DNA of 64,000 bases, from assembly GCA_964016885.1 (NCBI GenBank), contig OZ024742.1, forward strand, positions 168,330,001-168,394,000. The letters run 5' to 3'. The translations under genes were made by a program, and so were the position numbers. Numbering within the stretch: position 1 is the stretch's first letter; every line of letters starts with the position of its first letter. The notes under the pieces are model-generated. The model was not told the origin of the DNA. It did no database searches and saw only the letters and a program-made list of their open reading frames with translations. This document shows positions 37,893-52,646 of this stretch, piece by piece. This stretch comes from Eledone cirrhosa (Eukaryota).

Positions 37893-39496
37893 AAAAAATC
37901 CATTAAAAAAATCCATTAAAAAAAAACTCAATCAAAAACACATAAAAGAAACATTAAAACAGCATTTAAAAAATCCATTAAAAATCCATTAAAAAAAAAT
38001 CCATTAAAAAAATCCATTAAAAATCCATTAAAAAAATCCATTTAAAAAAATCCATTAAAAAATCCATTAAAAACCCATTAAAAATCCATTAAAAATCCAT
38101 TAAAAATCCATTAAAAAATCCATTTAAAAAACCCATTAAAAAAATCCATTAAAAAATCCATTTAAAAATCCATTAAAAAAAATCCATTTAAAAAAACCCA
38201 TTAAAAAAAATCCATTAAAAAAATCCATTTAAAAAATCCATAAAAAAAAATCCATAAAAAAAATCCATTAAAAAAAATCCATTAAAAAAAAATTCAATCA
38301 AAAACCCATAAAAGAAACATTAAAACAGCATTTAAAAAACCCATTAAAAATTCATTAAAAAAATCCATTTAAAAAATCCATTAAAAATCCATTAAAAATC
38401 CATTAAAAATCCATTAAAAATCCATTAAAAATCCATTAAAAATAATCCATTAAAAAAAAATTCAATCAAAAACCCATAAAAGAAACATTAAAACAGCATT
38501 TAAAAAATCCATTAAAAAAATCCATTTAAAAAAATCCATTAAAAAAGCCATTAAAAATCCATTAAAAATCCATTAAAAAAATCCATTTAAAAAAATCCAT
38601 TAAAAATCCATTAAAAACCCATTAAAAATCCATTAAAAATCCATTAAAAATCCATTAAAAAATCCATTTAAAAAACCCATTAAAAAAATCCATTAAAAAA
38701 TCCATTTAAAAATCCAGTAAAAAAAATCCATTTAAAAAAACCCATTAAAAAAAATCCATTAAAAAAATCCATTTAAAAAATCCATAAAAAAAAATCCATA
38801 AAAAAAATCCATTAAAAAAAATCCATTACAAAAAAAATCCGTTAAAAAAAATCCATTAAAAATCCATTAAAAATCCATTAAAAATCCATTAAAAATCCAT
38901 TAAAAATCCATTTAAAAAAATCCATTAAAAAAATCCATTAAAAAAATCCATTTAAAAAATCCATTAAAAAAAATCCATTAAAAAAAAATCCATTAAAAAA
39001 AATCCATTAAAAAAATCAATTTAAAAAAATCCATTAAAAATCCATTAAAAAAATCCATTTAAAAAAATCCATTAAAAACCCATTAAAAATCCATTAAAAA
39101 TCCATTAAAAAATCCATTTAAAAAAACCATTAAAAAAAATCCATTAAAAAAATCCATTTAAAAAATCCATTAAAAAAAAATCCATTAAAAAAAACCCATT
39201 AAAAAAAATCCATTAAAAAAATCCATTTAAAAAATCCATTAAAAAAAATCCATTAAAAAAAACTCAATCAAAAACCCATAAAAGAAACATTAAAACAGCA
39301 TTTAAAAAATCCATTAAAAAAATCCATTTAAAAAATCCATTAAAAAAAATCCATTTAAAAAACCCATTTAAAAAAATCCATTAAAAAAATCCATTTAAAA
39401 AATCCATTAAAAAAAATCCATTAAAAAAATCCATAAAAAAAATCCATTAAAAAAAATCCATTAAAAAAAAATCCGTTAAAAAAAATCCATTAAAAA

Positions 39497-39694
39497 CTCA
39501 ATCAAAAACCCAATTAAAAGGCCATAAAAGAAACATTAAAACAGCATTTAAAATACCATTAAAAACGCCATAAAAAATCATTAAAATTGTTTTTTATGAA
39601 ATTTATAATATGGCTTTTAATGAATTTTTTAATGGGCTTTTAGAATCATTAAAATCCCATTAAAAATACATTAAAGGCCCATTAAAAACGCCAT
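39497..39694. repeat. Cassette copy 17 (T type)
   Basis: Island starts at 39588. Confidence 0.95.
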
Positions 39695-42266
39695 AAAAAA
39701 TCCATTAAAAAAATCCATTAAAAAAAAACTCAATCAAAAACACATAAAAGAAACATTAAAACAGCATTTAAAAAATCCATTAAAAATCCATTAAAAAAAA
39801 ATCCATTAAAAAAATCCATTAAAAATCCATTAAAAAAATCCATTTAAAAAAATACATTAAAAAATCCATTAAAAACCCATTAAAAATCCATTAAAAATCC
39901 ATTAAAAATCCATTAAAAAATCCATTTAAAAAACCCATTAAAAAAATCCATTAAAAAAATCCATTAAAAAAGCCATTAAAAATCCATTAAAAATCCATTA
40001 AAAAAAAATCCATTAAAAAAAATCCATTAAAAATCCATTAAAAAAATCCATTTAAAAAAATCCATTAAAAAATCCATTAAAAATCCATTAAAAATCAATT
40101 AAAAAATCCATTTAAAAAACCCATTAAAAAAATCCATTTAAAAAATCCATTTAAAAAATCCATTAAAAAAAATCCATTTAAAAAAACCCATTAAAAAAAA
40201 TCCATTAAGAAAATCCATTTAAAAAATCCATTAAAAAAAATCCATTAAAAAAAATCCATAAAAAAAAATCCATTAAAAAAAATCCATTAAAAAAAAATCC
40301 GTTAAAAAAAATCCATTAAAAAAAAATCCGTTAAAAAAATCCATTAAAAGCTCAATCCCATTAAAAACGCCATAAAAATCATTAAAATCCAATTAAAGAT
40401 ACATTAAAGGCCCATTAAAAACGCCATAAAAAATCCATTAAAAAAATCCATTAAAAAAACTCAATCAAAAACCCATAAAAGAAACATTAAAACAGCATTT
40501 AAAAAATCCATTAAAAATCCATTAAAAAAATCCATTTAATAAAATCCATTAAAAAATCCATTAAAAATCCATTAAAAATCCATTAAAAATCCATTAAAAA
40601 TCCATTAAAAATCCATTAAAAAACCCATTTAAAAAAATCCATTAAAAAAATCCATTAAAAAAATCCATTAAAAAAAGCCATTAAAAAAATCCATTTAAAA
40701 AAAGCCATTAAAAAAATCCATTAAAAAAAAATCCATTAAAAATCCATTAAAAAAATCCATTTAAAAAAATCCATTAAAAAAATCCATTTAAAAAATCCAT
40801 TTAAAAAATCCATTAAAAAAATCCATTTAAAAAATCCATAAAAAAAAACCATTAAAAAAAATCCATTAAAAAAAAATCCATTAAAAAAAATCCATTAAAA
40901 AAAATCCATTAAAAATCCATTAAAAAAAATCCATTTAAAAAAAATTCATTAAAAAATCCATTAAAAATCCATTAAAAATCCATTTAAAAAAATCCATTTA
41001 AAAAATCCATTTAAAAAACCCATTACAAAAAATACATTAAAAAAAATCCATAAAAAAAAAAGCCATTAAAAAAAATCCATTAAAAAAAATCTATTAAAAA
41101 TCCATTAAAAATCCATTAAAAATCCATTAAAAATCCATTAAAAATCCATTAAAAATCCATTAAAAAGCCATTAAAAATCCATTAAAATCCATTAAAAATC
41201 CATTAAAAATCCATTAAAAATCCATTAAAAATCCATTAAAAAATCCATTTAAAAAAATCCATTAAAAAATCCATTAAAAAATCCATTTAAAAAATCCATT
41301 AAAAAAATCCATTAAAAAAAAATCCATTAAAAAAAAAATCCATTAAAAAAAATCAATTTAAAAAAATCCATTAAAAATCCATTAAAAAAATCCATTTAAA
41401 AAAATCCATTAAAAACCCATTAAAAACCCATTAAAAATCCATTAAAAATCCATTTAAAAAACCCATTAAAAAAAATCCATTAAAAAAAATCCATTTAAAA
41501 AATCCATTTAAAAAAATCCATTAAAAAAACCCATTAAAAAAATCCATTAAAAAAATCCATTTAAAAAATCCATTAAAAAAAATTCATTAAAAAAAAATCC
41601 ATAAAAAAATCCATTAAAAAAATCCATTTAAAAAAATCCATTAAAAAAAATCCATTAAAAATCCATTAAAAAAATCCATTAAAAAAAATCCATTAAAAAA
41701 TCCATTAAAAAACCCATTAAAAATCCATTAAAAATCCATTAAAAATCCATTAAAAATCCATTTAAAAAACCCATTAAAAAAATCCATTTAAAAAACCCAT
41801 TAAAAAAAGCCATTAAAAAATCCATTTAAAAAATCCATTAAAAAAAATCCATTTAAAACAACCCATTAAAAAAATCCATTAAAAAAAACCCATTAAAAAA
41901 AATCCATTAAAAAAATCCATTTAAAAAATCCATTAAAAAAAATCCATTTAAAAAAATCCATAAAAAAATCCATTAAAAAAATCCATTAAAAATCCATTAA
42001 AAAAAATCCATTTAAAAAAGCCATTAAAAAATCCATTAAAAATCCATTAAAAATCCATTTAAAAAACCCATTAAAAAATCCATTAAAAAAATCCATTTAA
42101 AAAATCCATTAAAAAAAATCCATTTAAAAAAACTCATTTAAAAAAATCCATTAAAAAAATCCATTTAAAAAATCCATTAAAAAAAATCCATTAAAAAAAT
42201 CCATTAAAAAAATCCATTAAAAAAAATCCATTATAAAAAAATCCGTTAAAAAAAATCCATTAAAAA

Positions 42267-42464
42267 CTCAATCAAAAACCCAATTAAAAGGCCATAAAAG
42301 AAACATTAAAACAGCATTTAAAATACCATTAAAAACGCCATAAAAAATCATTAAAATTGTTTTTTATGAAATTTATAATATGGCTTTTAATGAATTTTTT
42401 AATGGGCTTTTAGAATCATTAAAATCCCATTAAAAATACATTAAAGGCCCATTAAAAACGCCAT
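42267..42464. repeat. Cassette copy 18 (T type)
   Basis: Island starts at 42358. Confidence 0.95.
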
Positions 42465-45367
42465 AAAAAATCCATTAAAAAAATCCATTAAAAAAAAACT
42501 CAATCAAAAACACATAAAAGAAACATTAAAACAGCATTTAAAAAATCCATTAAAAATCTATTAAAAAAAAATCCATTAAAAAAATCCATTAAAAATCCAT
42601 TAAAAAAATCCATTTAAAAAAATCCATTAAAAAATCCATTAAAAACCCATTAAAAATCCATTAAAAATCCATTAAAAATCCATTAAAAAATCCATTTAAA
42701 AAACCCATTAAAAAAATCCATTAAAAAATCCATTTAAAAATCCATTAAAAAAAATCCATTTAAAAAAACCCATTAAAAAAAATCCATTAAAAAAATCCAT
42801 TTAAAAAATCCATAAAAAAAAATCCATAAAAAAAATCCATTAAAAAAAATCCATTAAAAAAAAAATCCGTTAAAAAAATCCATTAAAAATCCATTAAAAA
42901 TCCATTAAAAATCCATTAAAAATCCATTAAAAATCCATTAAAAATCCATTTAAAAAAATCCATTAAAAAAAAATCCATTAAAAAAAATCCATTAAAAAAA
43001 ATCAATTTAAAAAAATCCATTAAAAATCCATTAAAAAAATCCATTAAAAAAAATCCATTAAAAACCCATTAAAAATCCATTAAAAATCCATTTAAAAATC
43101 CAGTAAAAAAAATCCATTTAAAAAACCCATTAAAAAAATCCATTAAAAAATCCATTTAAAAATCCAGTAAAAAAAATCCATTTAAAAAAACCCATTAAAA
43201 AAAATCCATTAAAAAAATCCATTTAAAAAATCCATAAAAAAAAATCCATAAAAAAAAATCCATTAAAAAAAAATCCGTTAAAAAAAATCCATTAAAAAAA
43301 AATCCGTTAAAAAAATCCATTAAAAGCTCAATCCCATTAAAAACGCCATAAAAATCATTAAAATCCAATTAAAGATACATTAAAGGCCCATTAAAAACGC
43401 CATAAAAATCCATTAAAAAAATCCATTAAAAAAACTCAATCAAAAACCCATAAAAGAAACATTAAAACAGCATTTAAAAAATCCATTAAAAATCCATTAA
43501 AAAAATCCATTTAATAAAATCCATTAAAAAATCCATTAAAAATCCATTAAAAATCCATTAAAAATCCATTAAAAATCCATTAAAAATCCATTAAAAACCC
43601 ATTTAAAAAAATCCATTAAAAAAATCCATTAAAAAAATCCATTAAAAAAAGCCATTAAAAAAATCCATTTAAAAAAAGCCATTAAAAAAATCCATTAAAA
43701 AAAAATCCATTAAAAATCCATTAAAAAAATCCATTTAAAAAAATCCATTAAAAACCCATTAAAAATCCATTAAAAAAACCATTAAAAAACCCATTAAAAA
43801 AAATCCATTAGAAAAATCCATTTAAAAAATCCATTAAAAAAAAATCCATTTAAAAAACCCATTAAAAAAAATCCATTATAAAAATCCATTTAAAAAATCC
43901 ATTTAAAAAATCCATTAAAAAAATCCATTTAAAAAATCCATAAAAAAAAACCATTAAAAAAAATCCATTAAAAAAAAATCCATTAAAAAAAATCCATTAA
44001 AAAAAATCCATTAAAAATCCATTAAAAAAAATCCATTTAAAAAAAATTCATTAAAAAATCCATTAAAAATCCATTAAAAATCCATTTAAAAAAATCCATT
44101 TAAAAAATCCATTTAAAAAACCCATTACAAAAAATACATTAAAAAAAATCCATAAAAAAAAAAGCCATTAAAAAAAATCCATTAAAAAAATCTATTAAAA
44201 ATCCATTAAAAATCCATTAAAAATCCATTAAAAATCCATTAAAAATCCATTAAAAATCCATTAAAAAGCCATTAAAAATCCATTAAAATCCATTAAAAAT
44301 CCATTAAAAATCCATTAAAAATCCATTAAAAATCCATTAAAAAATCCATTTAAAAAAATGCATTAAAAAATCCATTAAAAAATCCATTTAAAAAATCCAT
44401 TAAAAAAATCCATTAAAAAAAAATCCATTAAAAAAAAAATCCATTAAAAAAAATCAATTTAAAAAAATCCATTAAAAATCCATTAAAAAAATCCATTTAA
44501 AAAAATCCTTTAAAAACCCATTAAAAACCCATTAAAAATCCATTAAAAATCCATTTAAAAAACCCATTAAAAAAAATCCATTAAAAAAAATCCATTTAAA
44601 AAATCCATTTAAAAAAATCCATTAAAAAAACCCATTAAAAAAATCCATTAAAAAAATCCATTTAAAAAATCCATTAAAAAAAATTCATTAAAAAAAAATC
44701 CATAAAAAAATCCATTAAAAAAATCCATTTAAAAAAATCCATTAAAAAAAATCCATTAAAAATCCATTAAAAAAATCCATTAAAAAAAATCCATTAAAAA
44801 ATCCATTAAAAAACCCATTAAAAATCCATTAAAAATCCATTAAAAATCCATTAAAAATCCATTTAAAAAACCCATTAAAAAAATCCATTTAAAAAACCCA
44901 TTAAAAAAAGCCATTAAAAAATCCATTTAAAAAATCCATTAAAAAAAATCCATTTAAAACAACCCATTAAAAAAATCCATTAAAAAAAACCCATTAAAAA
45001 AAATCCATTAAAAAAATCCATTTAAAAAATCCATTAAAAAAAATCCATTAAAAAAAATCCATAAAAAAATCCATTAAAAAAATCCATTAAAAATCCATTA
45101 AAAAAAATCCATTTAAAAAAGCCATTAAAAAATCCATTAAAAATCCATTAAAAATCCATTTAAAAAACCCATTAAAAAATCCATTAAAAAAATCCATTTA
45201 AAAAATCCATTAAAAAAAATCCATTTAAAAAAACTCATTTAAAAAAATCCATTAAAAAAATCCATTTAAAAAATCCATTAAAAAAAATCCATTAAAAAAA
45301 TCCATTAAAAAAATCCATTAAAAAAAATCCATTAAAAAAAAATCCGTTAAAAAAAATCCATTAAAAA

Positions 45368-45565
45368 CTCAATCAAAAACCCAATTAAAAGGCCATAAAA
45401 GAAACATTAAAACAGCATTTAAAATACCATTAAAAACGCCATAAAAAATCATTAAAATTGTTTTTTATGAAATTTATAATATGGCTTTTAATGAATTTTT
45501 TAATGGGCTTTTAGAATCATTAAAATCCCATTAAAAATACATTAAAGGCCCATTAAAAACGCCAT
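45368..45565. repeat. Cassette copy 19 (T type)
   Basis: Island starts at 45459. Confidence 0.95.
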
Positions 45566-46859
45566 AAAAAATCCATTAAAAAAATCCATAAAAAAAAAAC
45601 TCAATCAAAAACACATAAAAGAAACATTAAAACAGCATTTAAAAATCCATTAAAAATCCATTAAAAAAAAATCCATTAAAAAAATCCATTAAAAATCCAT
45701 TAAAAAAATCCATTTAAAAAAATCCATTAAAAAATCCATTAAAAACCCATTAAAAATCCATTAAAAATCCATTAAAAATCCATTAAAAAATCCATTTAAA
45801 AAACCCATTAAAAAAATCCATTAAAAAATCCATTTAAAAATCCATTAAAAAAAATCCATTTAAAAAAACCCATTAAAAAAAATCCATTAAAAAAATCCAT
45901 TTAAAAAATCCATAAAAAAAAATCCATAAAAAAAATCCATTAAAAAAAATCCATTAAAAAAAAAATCCGTTAAAAAAAATCCATTAAAAATCCATTAAAA
46001 ATCCATTAAAAATCCATTAAAAATCCATTAAAAATCCATTAAAAATCCATTTAAAAAAATCCATTAAAAAAATCCATTAAAAAAATCCATTTAAAAAATC
46101 CATTAAAAAAAATCCATTAAAAAAAAATCCATTAAAAAAAATCCATAAAAAAAAATCAATTTAAAAAAATCCATTAAAAATCCATTAAAAAAATCCATTA
46201 AAAAAAATCCATTAAAAACCCATTAAAAATCCATTAAAAATCCATTAAAAAATCCATTTAAAAAAACCATTAAAAAAAATCCATTAAAAAAATCCATTTA
46301 AAAAATCCATTAAAAAAAATCCATTAAAAAAATCCATTTAAAAAATCCATTAAAAAAAATCCATTAAAAAAAACTCAATCAAAAACCCATAAAAGAAACA
46401 TTAAAACAGCATTTAAAAAATCCATTAAAAATCCATTAAAAGAATCCATTTAAAAAATCCATTAAAAAATCCATTAAAAATCCATTAAAAATCCATTAAA
46501 AAATCCATTTAAAAAAATCCATTAAAAAAATCCTTTAAAAAATCCATTAAAAAATCCATTTAAAAAATCCATTAAAAAAAATCCATTAAAAAAAACCATT
46601 AAAAAATCCATTAAAAAAATCCCATTAAAAATACATTAAAAATCCATTAAAAATCCATTAAAAAATCCATTAAAAATCCATTAAAAATCCATTAAAAATC
46701 CATTAAAAAATCCATTAAAAAAAATCCATTAAAAAAATCCATTAAAAAATCCATTTAAAAAATCCATTTAAAAAAATCCATTAAAAAAAATCCATTAAAA
46801 AAAATCCATTAAAAAAAATCCATTAAAAAGAAAATCCGTTAAAAAAAATCCATTAAAAA

Positions 46860-47057
46860 CTCAATCAAACACCCAATTAAAAGGCCATAAAAGAAACATT
46901 AAAACAGCATTTAAAATACCATTAAAAACGCCATAAAAAATCATTAAAATTGTTTTTTATGAAATTTATAATATGGCTTTTAATGAACTTTTTAATGGGC
47001 TTTTAGAATCATTAAAATCCCATTAAAAATACATTAAAGGCCCATTAAAAACGCCAT
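46860..47057. repeat. Cassette copy 20 (C type)
   Basis: Island starts at 46951. Confidence 0.95.
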
Positions 47058-49356
47058 AAAAAATCCATTAAAAAAAATCCATTAAAAAAAAATTCAATCA
47101 AAAACCCATAAAAGAAACATTAAAACAGCATTTAAAAAACCCATTAAAAATTCATTAAAAAAATCCATTTAAAAAATCCATTAAAAATCCATTAAAAATC
47201 CATTAAAAATCCATTAAAAATCCATTAAAAATAATCCATTAAAAAAAAATTCAATCAAAAACCCATAAAAGAAACATTAAAACAGCATTTAAAAAATCCA
47301 TTAAAAAAATCCATTTAAAAAAATCCATTAAAAAAGCCATTAAAAATCCATTAAAAATCCATTAAAAAAATCCATTAAAAAAAAATCCATTAAAAAAAAT
47401 CCATTAAAAAAATCCATTTAAAAAAATCCATTAAAAATCCATTAAAAACCCATTAAAAATCCATTAAAAATCCATTAAAAATCCATTAAAAAATCCATTT
47501 AAAAAACCCATTAAAAAAATCCATTTAAAAATCCAGTAAAAAAAATCCATTTAAAAAAACCCATTAAAAAAAATCCATTAAAAAAATCCATTTAAAAAAT
47601 CCATAAAAAAAAATCCATAAAAAAAATCCATTAAAAAAAATCCATTAAAAAAAAAATCCGTTAAAAAAAATCCATTAAAAATCCATTAAAAATCCATTAA
47701 AAATCCATTAAAAATCCATTAAAAATCCATTTAAAAAAATCCATTAAAAAAATCCATTAAAAAAATCCATTTAAAAAATCCATTAAAAAAAATCCATAAA
47801 AAAAAAATCCATTAAAAAAAATCCATTAAAAAAAATCAATTAAAAAAAATCCATTAAAAATCCATTAAAAAAATCCATTTAAAAAAATCCATTAAAAACC
47901 CATTAAAAATCCATTAAAAATCCATTAAAAAATCCATTTAAAAAAACCATTAAAAAAAATCCATTAAAAAAATCCATTTAAAAAATCCATTAAAAAAAAA
48001 TCCATTAAAAAAAACCCATTAAAAAAAATCCATTAAAAAAATCCATTTAAAAAATCCATTAAAAAAAATCCATTAAAAAAAACTCAATCAAAAACCCATA
48101 AAAGAAACATTAAAACAGCATTTAAAAAATCCATTAAAAATCCATTAAAAAAATCCATTTAAAAAATCCATTAAAAAATCCATTAAAAATCCATTAAAAA
48201 TCCATTAAAAAATCCATTTAAAAAAATCCATTAAAAAAATCCATTTAAAAAATCCATTAAAAAATCCATTTAAAAAATCCATTAAAAAAAATCCATTAAA
48301 AAAAACCATTAAAAAATCCATTAAAAAAAATCCCATTAAAAATACATTAAAGGCCCATTAAAAACGCCATAAAAAATCCATTAAAAAAATCCATTAAAAA
48401 AAAACTCAATCAAAAACCCATAAAAGAAACATTAAAACAGCATTTAAAAAATCCATTAAAAAAATCCATTAAAAAAAATCCATTAAAAAATCCATTAAAA
48501 ATCCATTAAAAATCCATTAAAAATCCATTAAAAATCCATTAAAAAATCCATTAAAAATCCATTAAAAATCCATTAAAAAATCCATTTAAAAAAATCCATT
48601 AAAAAAATCCATTAAAAAATCCATTTAAAAAATCCATTTAAAAAAATCCATTAAAAAAAATCCATTAAAAAAAAATCCATTAAAAAAAATCCATTAAAAA
48701 AAAAATCCGTTAAAAAAAATCCATTAAAAACTCAATCAAACACCCAATTAAAAGGCCATAAAAGAAACATTAAAACAGCATTTAAAATACCATTAAAAAC
48801 GCCATAAAAATCATTAAAATCCAATTAAAGATACATTAAAGGCCCATTAAAAACGCCATAAAAAATCCATTAAAAATATCCATTAAAAAAACTCAATCAA
48901 AAACCCATAAAAGAAACATTAAAACAGCATTTAAAAAATCCATTAAAAAAAATCCATTAAAAAAAACCATTAAAAAATCCATTAAAAAAAATCCCATTAA
49001 AAATACATTAAAGGCCCATTAAAAACGCCATAAAAAATCCATTAAAAAAATCCATTAAAAAAAACTCAATCAAAAACCCATAAAAGAAACATTAAAACAG
49101 CATTTAAAAAACCCATTAAAAATTCATTAAAAAAAATCCATTTAAAAAATCCATTAAAAAATACATTAAAAATCCATTAAAAATCCATTAAAAATCCATT
49201 AAAAAATCCAATTAAAAAAATCCATTAAAAAAATCCATTAAAAAATCCATTTAAAAAATCCATTAAAAAAAATCCATTAAAAAAAATCCATTAAAAAAAA
49301 ATCCATTAAAAAAAATCCATTAAAAAAAAAATCCGTTAAAAAAAATCCATTAAAAA

Positions 49357-49554
49357 CTCAATCAAAAACCCAATTAAAAGGCCATAAAAGAAACATTAAA
49401 ACAGCATTTAAAATACCATTAAAAACGCCATAAAAAATCATTAAAATTGTTTTTTATGAAATTTATAATATGGCTTTTAATGAACTTTTTAATGGGCTTT
49501 TAGAATCATTAAAATCCCATTAAAAATACATTAAAGGCCCATTAAAAACGCCAT
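49357..49554. repeat. Cassette copy 21 (recombinant, paralog of copy 3)
   Basis: Island starts at 49448. Confidence 0.93.
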
Positions 49555-50791
49555 AAAAAATCCATTAAAAAAAATCCATTAAAAAAAATTCAATCAAAAA
49601 CCCATAAAAGAAACATTAAAACAGCATTTAAAAAACCCATTAAAAATTCATTAAAAAAATCCATTTAAAAAATCCATTAAAAATCCATTAAAAATCCATT
49701 AAAAATCCATTAAAAATATATTAAAAATCCATTAAAAAAAATCCATTAAAAAAATCCATTTAAAAAAATCCATTAAAAAAAAATCCATTTAAAAAACCCA
49801 TTAAAAAAAATCCATTAAAAAAATCCATTTAAAAAATCCATTAAAAAAAAATCCATTTAAAAAACCCATTAAAAAAAATCCATTAAAAAAATCCATTTAA
49901 AAAATCCATTAAAAAAAATCCATTAAAAGCTCAATCAAAAACCCATTAAAAACGCCATAAAAAATCATTAAAATCCCATTAAAAATACATTAAAGGCCCA
50001 TTAAAAACGCCATAAAAAATCCATTGAAAAAATCCATTAAAAAAACTCAATCAAAAACCCATAAAAGAAACATTAAAACAGCATTTAAAAATCCATTAAA
50101 AATCCATTAAAAATCCATTAAAAATCCATTAAAAATTCATTAAAAAATCCATTTAAAAAACCCATTAAAAAAACCATTTAAAAAATCCATTAAAAAAAAT
50201 CCATTTAAAAAAACCCATTAAAAAAAATCCATTAAAAATCCATTAAAAAAAATCCATTTAAAAATCCATTAAAAATCCATTAAAAATCCATTAAAAATCC
50301 ATTAAAAATCCATTAAAAAATCCATTTAAAAAACCCATTAAAAAAAGCCATTAAAAAATCCATTTAAAAAATCAATTAAAAAAAATCCATTTAAAACAAC
50401 CCATTAAAAAAAATCCATCAAAAAAAACCCATTAAAAAAAATCCATTAAAAAAATCCATTTAAAAAATCCATTAAAAAAAATCCATTAAAAAAATCCATT
50501 AAAAAAATCCATTAAAAATCCATTAAAAAAATCCATTTAAAAAAGCCATTAAAAAATCCATTAAAAATCCATTAAAAATCCATTTAAAAAACCCATAAAA
50601 AAATCCATTAAAAAAATCCATTTAAAAAATCCATTAAAAAAAATCCATTTAAAAAAACCCATTAAAAAAAATCCATTAAAAAAATCCATTTAAAAAATCC
50701 ATTAAAAAAAATCCATTAAAAAAATCCATAAAAAAAATCCATTAAAAAAAATCCATTAAAAAAAAATCCGTTAAAAAAAATCCATTAAAAA

Positions 50792-50989
50792 CTCAATCAA
50801 AAACCCAATAAAAAGGCCATAAAAGAAACATTAAAACAGCATTTAAAATACCATTAAAAACGCCATAAAAAATCATTAAAATTGTTTTTTATGAAATTTA
50901 TAATATGGCTTTTAATGAATTTTTTAATGGGCTTTTAGAATCATTAAAATCCCATTAAAAATACATTAAAGGCCCATTAAAAACGCCAT
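50792..50989. repeat. Cassette copy 22 (T type, paralog of copy 4)
   Basis: Island starts at 50883. It has the CCCAATAAAAAGG variant. Confidence 0.95.
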
Positions 50990-52461
50990 AAAAAATCCAT
51001 TAAAAAAATCCATTAAAAAAAAACTCAATCAAAAACCCATAAAAGAAACATTAAAACAGCATTTAAAAAATCCATTAAAAATCCATTAAAAAAAAATCCA
51101 TTAAAAAAATCCATTAAAAATCCATTAAAAAAATCCATTTAAAAAAATCCATTAAAAATCCATTAAAAACCCATTAAAAATCCATTAAAAATCCATTAAA
51201 AATCCATTAAAAAATCCATTTAAAAAACCCATTAAAAAAATCCATTAAAAAATCCATTTAAAAATCCAGTAAAAAAAATCCATTTAAAAAAACCCATTTA
51301 AAAAAATCCATTAAAAAAATCCATTTAAAAAATCCATAAAAAAAAATCCATAAAAAAATCCATTAAAAAAAATCCATTAAAAAAAAAATCCGTTAAAAAA
51401 AATCCATTAAAAATCCATTAAAAATCCATTAAAAATCCATTAAAAATCCATTTAAAAAAATCCATTAAAAAAATCCATTAAAAAAATCCATTTAAAAAAT
51501 CCATTAAAAAAAATCCATTAAAAAAAAATCCATTAAAAAAAATCCATTAAAAAAAATCAATTTAAAAAATCCATTAAAAATCCATTAAAAAAATCCATTC
51601 AAAAAAATCCATTAAAAACACATTAAAAATCCATTAAAAATCCATTAAAAAATCCATTTAAAAAAACCATAAAAAAAAATCCATTAAAAAAATCCATTTA
51701 AAAAATCCATTAAAAAAAAATCCATTAAAAAAAACCCATTAAAAAAAATCCATTAAAAAAATCCATTTAAAAAATCCATTAAAAAAAATCCATTAAAAAA
51801 AACTCAATCAAAAACCCATAAAAGAAACATTAAAACAACATTTAAAAAATCCATTAAAAATCCATTAAAAAAATCCATTTAAAAAATCCATTAAAAAATC
51901 CATTAAAAATCCATTAAAAATCCATTAAAAAATCCATTTAAAAAAATACATTAAAAAAATCCATTTAAAAAATCCATTAAAAAATCCATTTAAAAAATCC
52001 ATTAAAAAAAATCCATTAAAAAAAACCATTAAAAAATCCATTAAAAAAAATCCCATTAAAAATACATTAAAGGCCCATTAAAAACGCCATAAAAAATCCA
52101 TTAAAAAAATCCATTAAAAAAAAACTCAATCAAAAACCCATAAAAGAAACATTAAAACAGCATTTAAAAAATCCATTAAAAAAATCCATTTAAAAAAATC
52201 CATTAAAAAATCCATTAAAAATCCATTAAAAATCCATTAAAAATCCATTAAAAATCCATTAAAAAATCCATTAAAAATCCATTAAAAATCCATTAAAAAT
52301 CCATTAAAAAATCCATTTAAAAAAATCCATTAAAAAAATCCATTAAAAAATCCATTTAAAAAATCCATTTAAAAAAATCCATTAAAAAAAATCCATTAAA
52401 AAAAAATCCATTAAAAAAAATCCATTAAAAAAAAAATCCGTTAAAAAAAATCCATTAAAAA

Positions 52462-52646
52462 CTCAATCAAACACCCAATTAAAAGGCCATAAAAGAAACA
52501 TTAAAACAGCATTTAAAATACCATTAAAAACGCCATAAAAAATCATTAAAATTGTTTTTTATGAAATTTATAATATGGCTTTTAATGAACTTTTTAATGG
52601 GCTTTTAGAATCATTAAAATCCCATTAAAAATACATTAAAGGCCAT
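52462..52646. repeat. Cassette copy 23 (C type, short right arm)
   Basis: Island starts at 52553. Confidence 0.95.
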
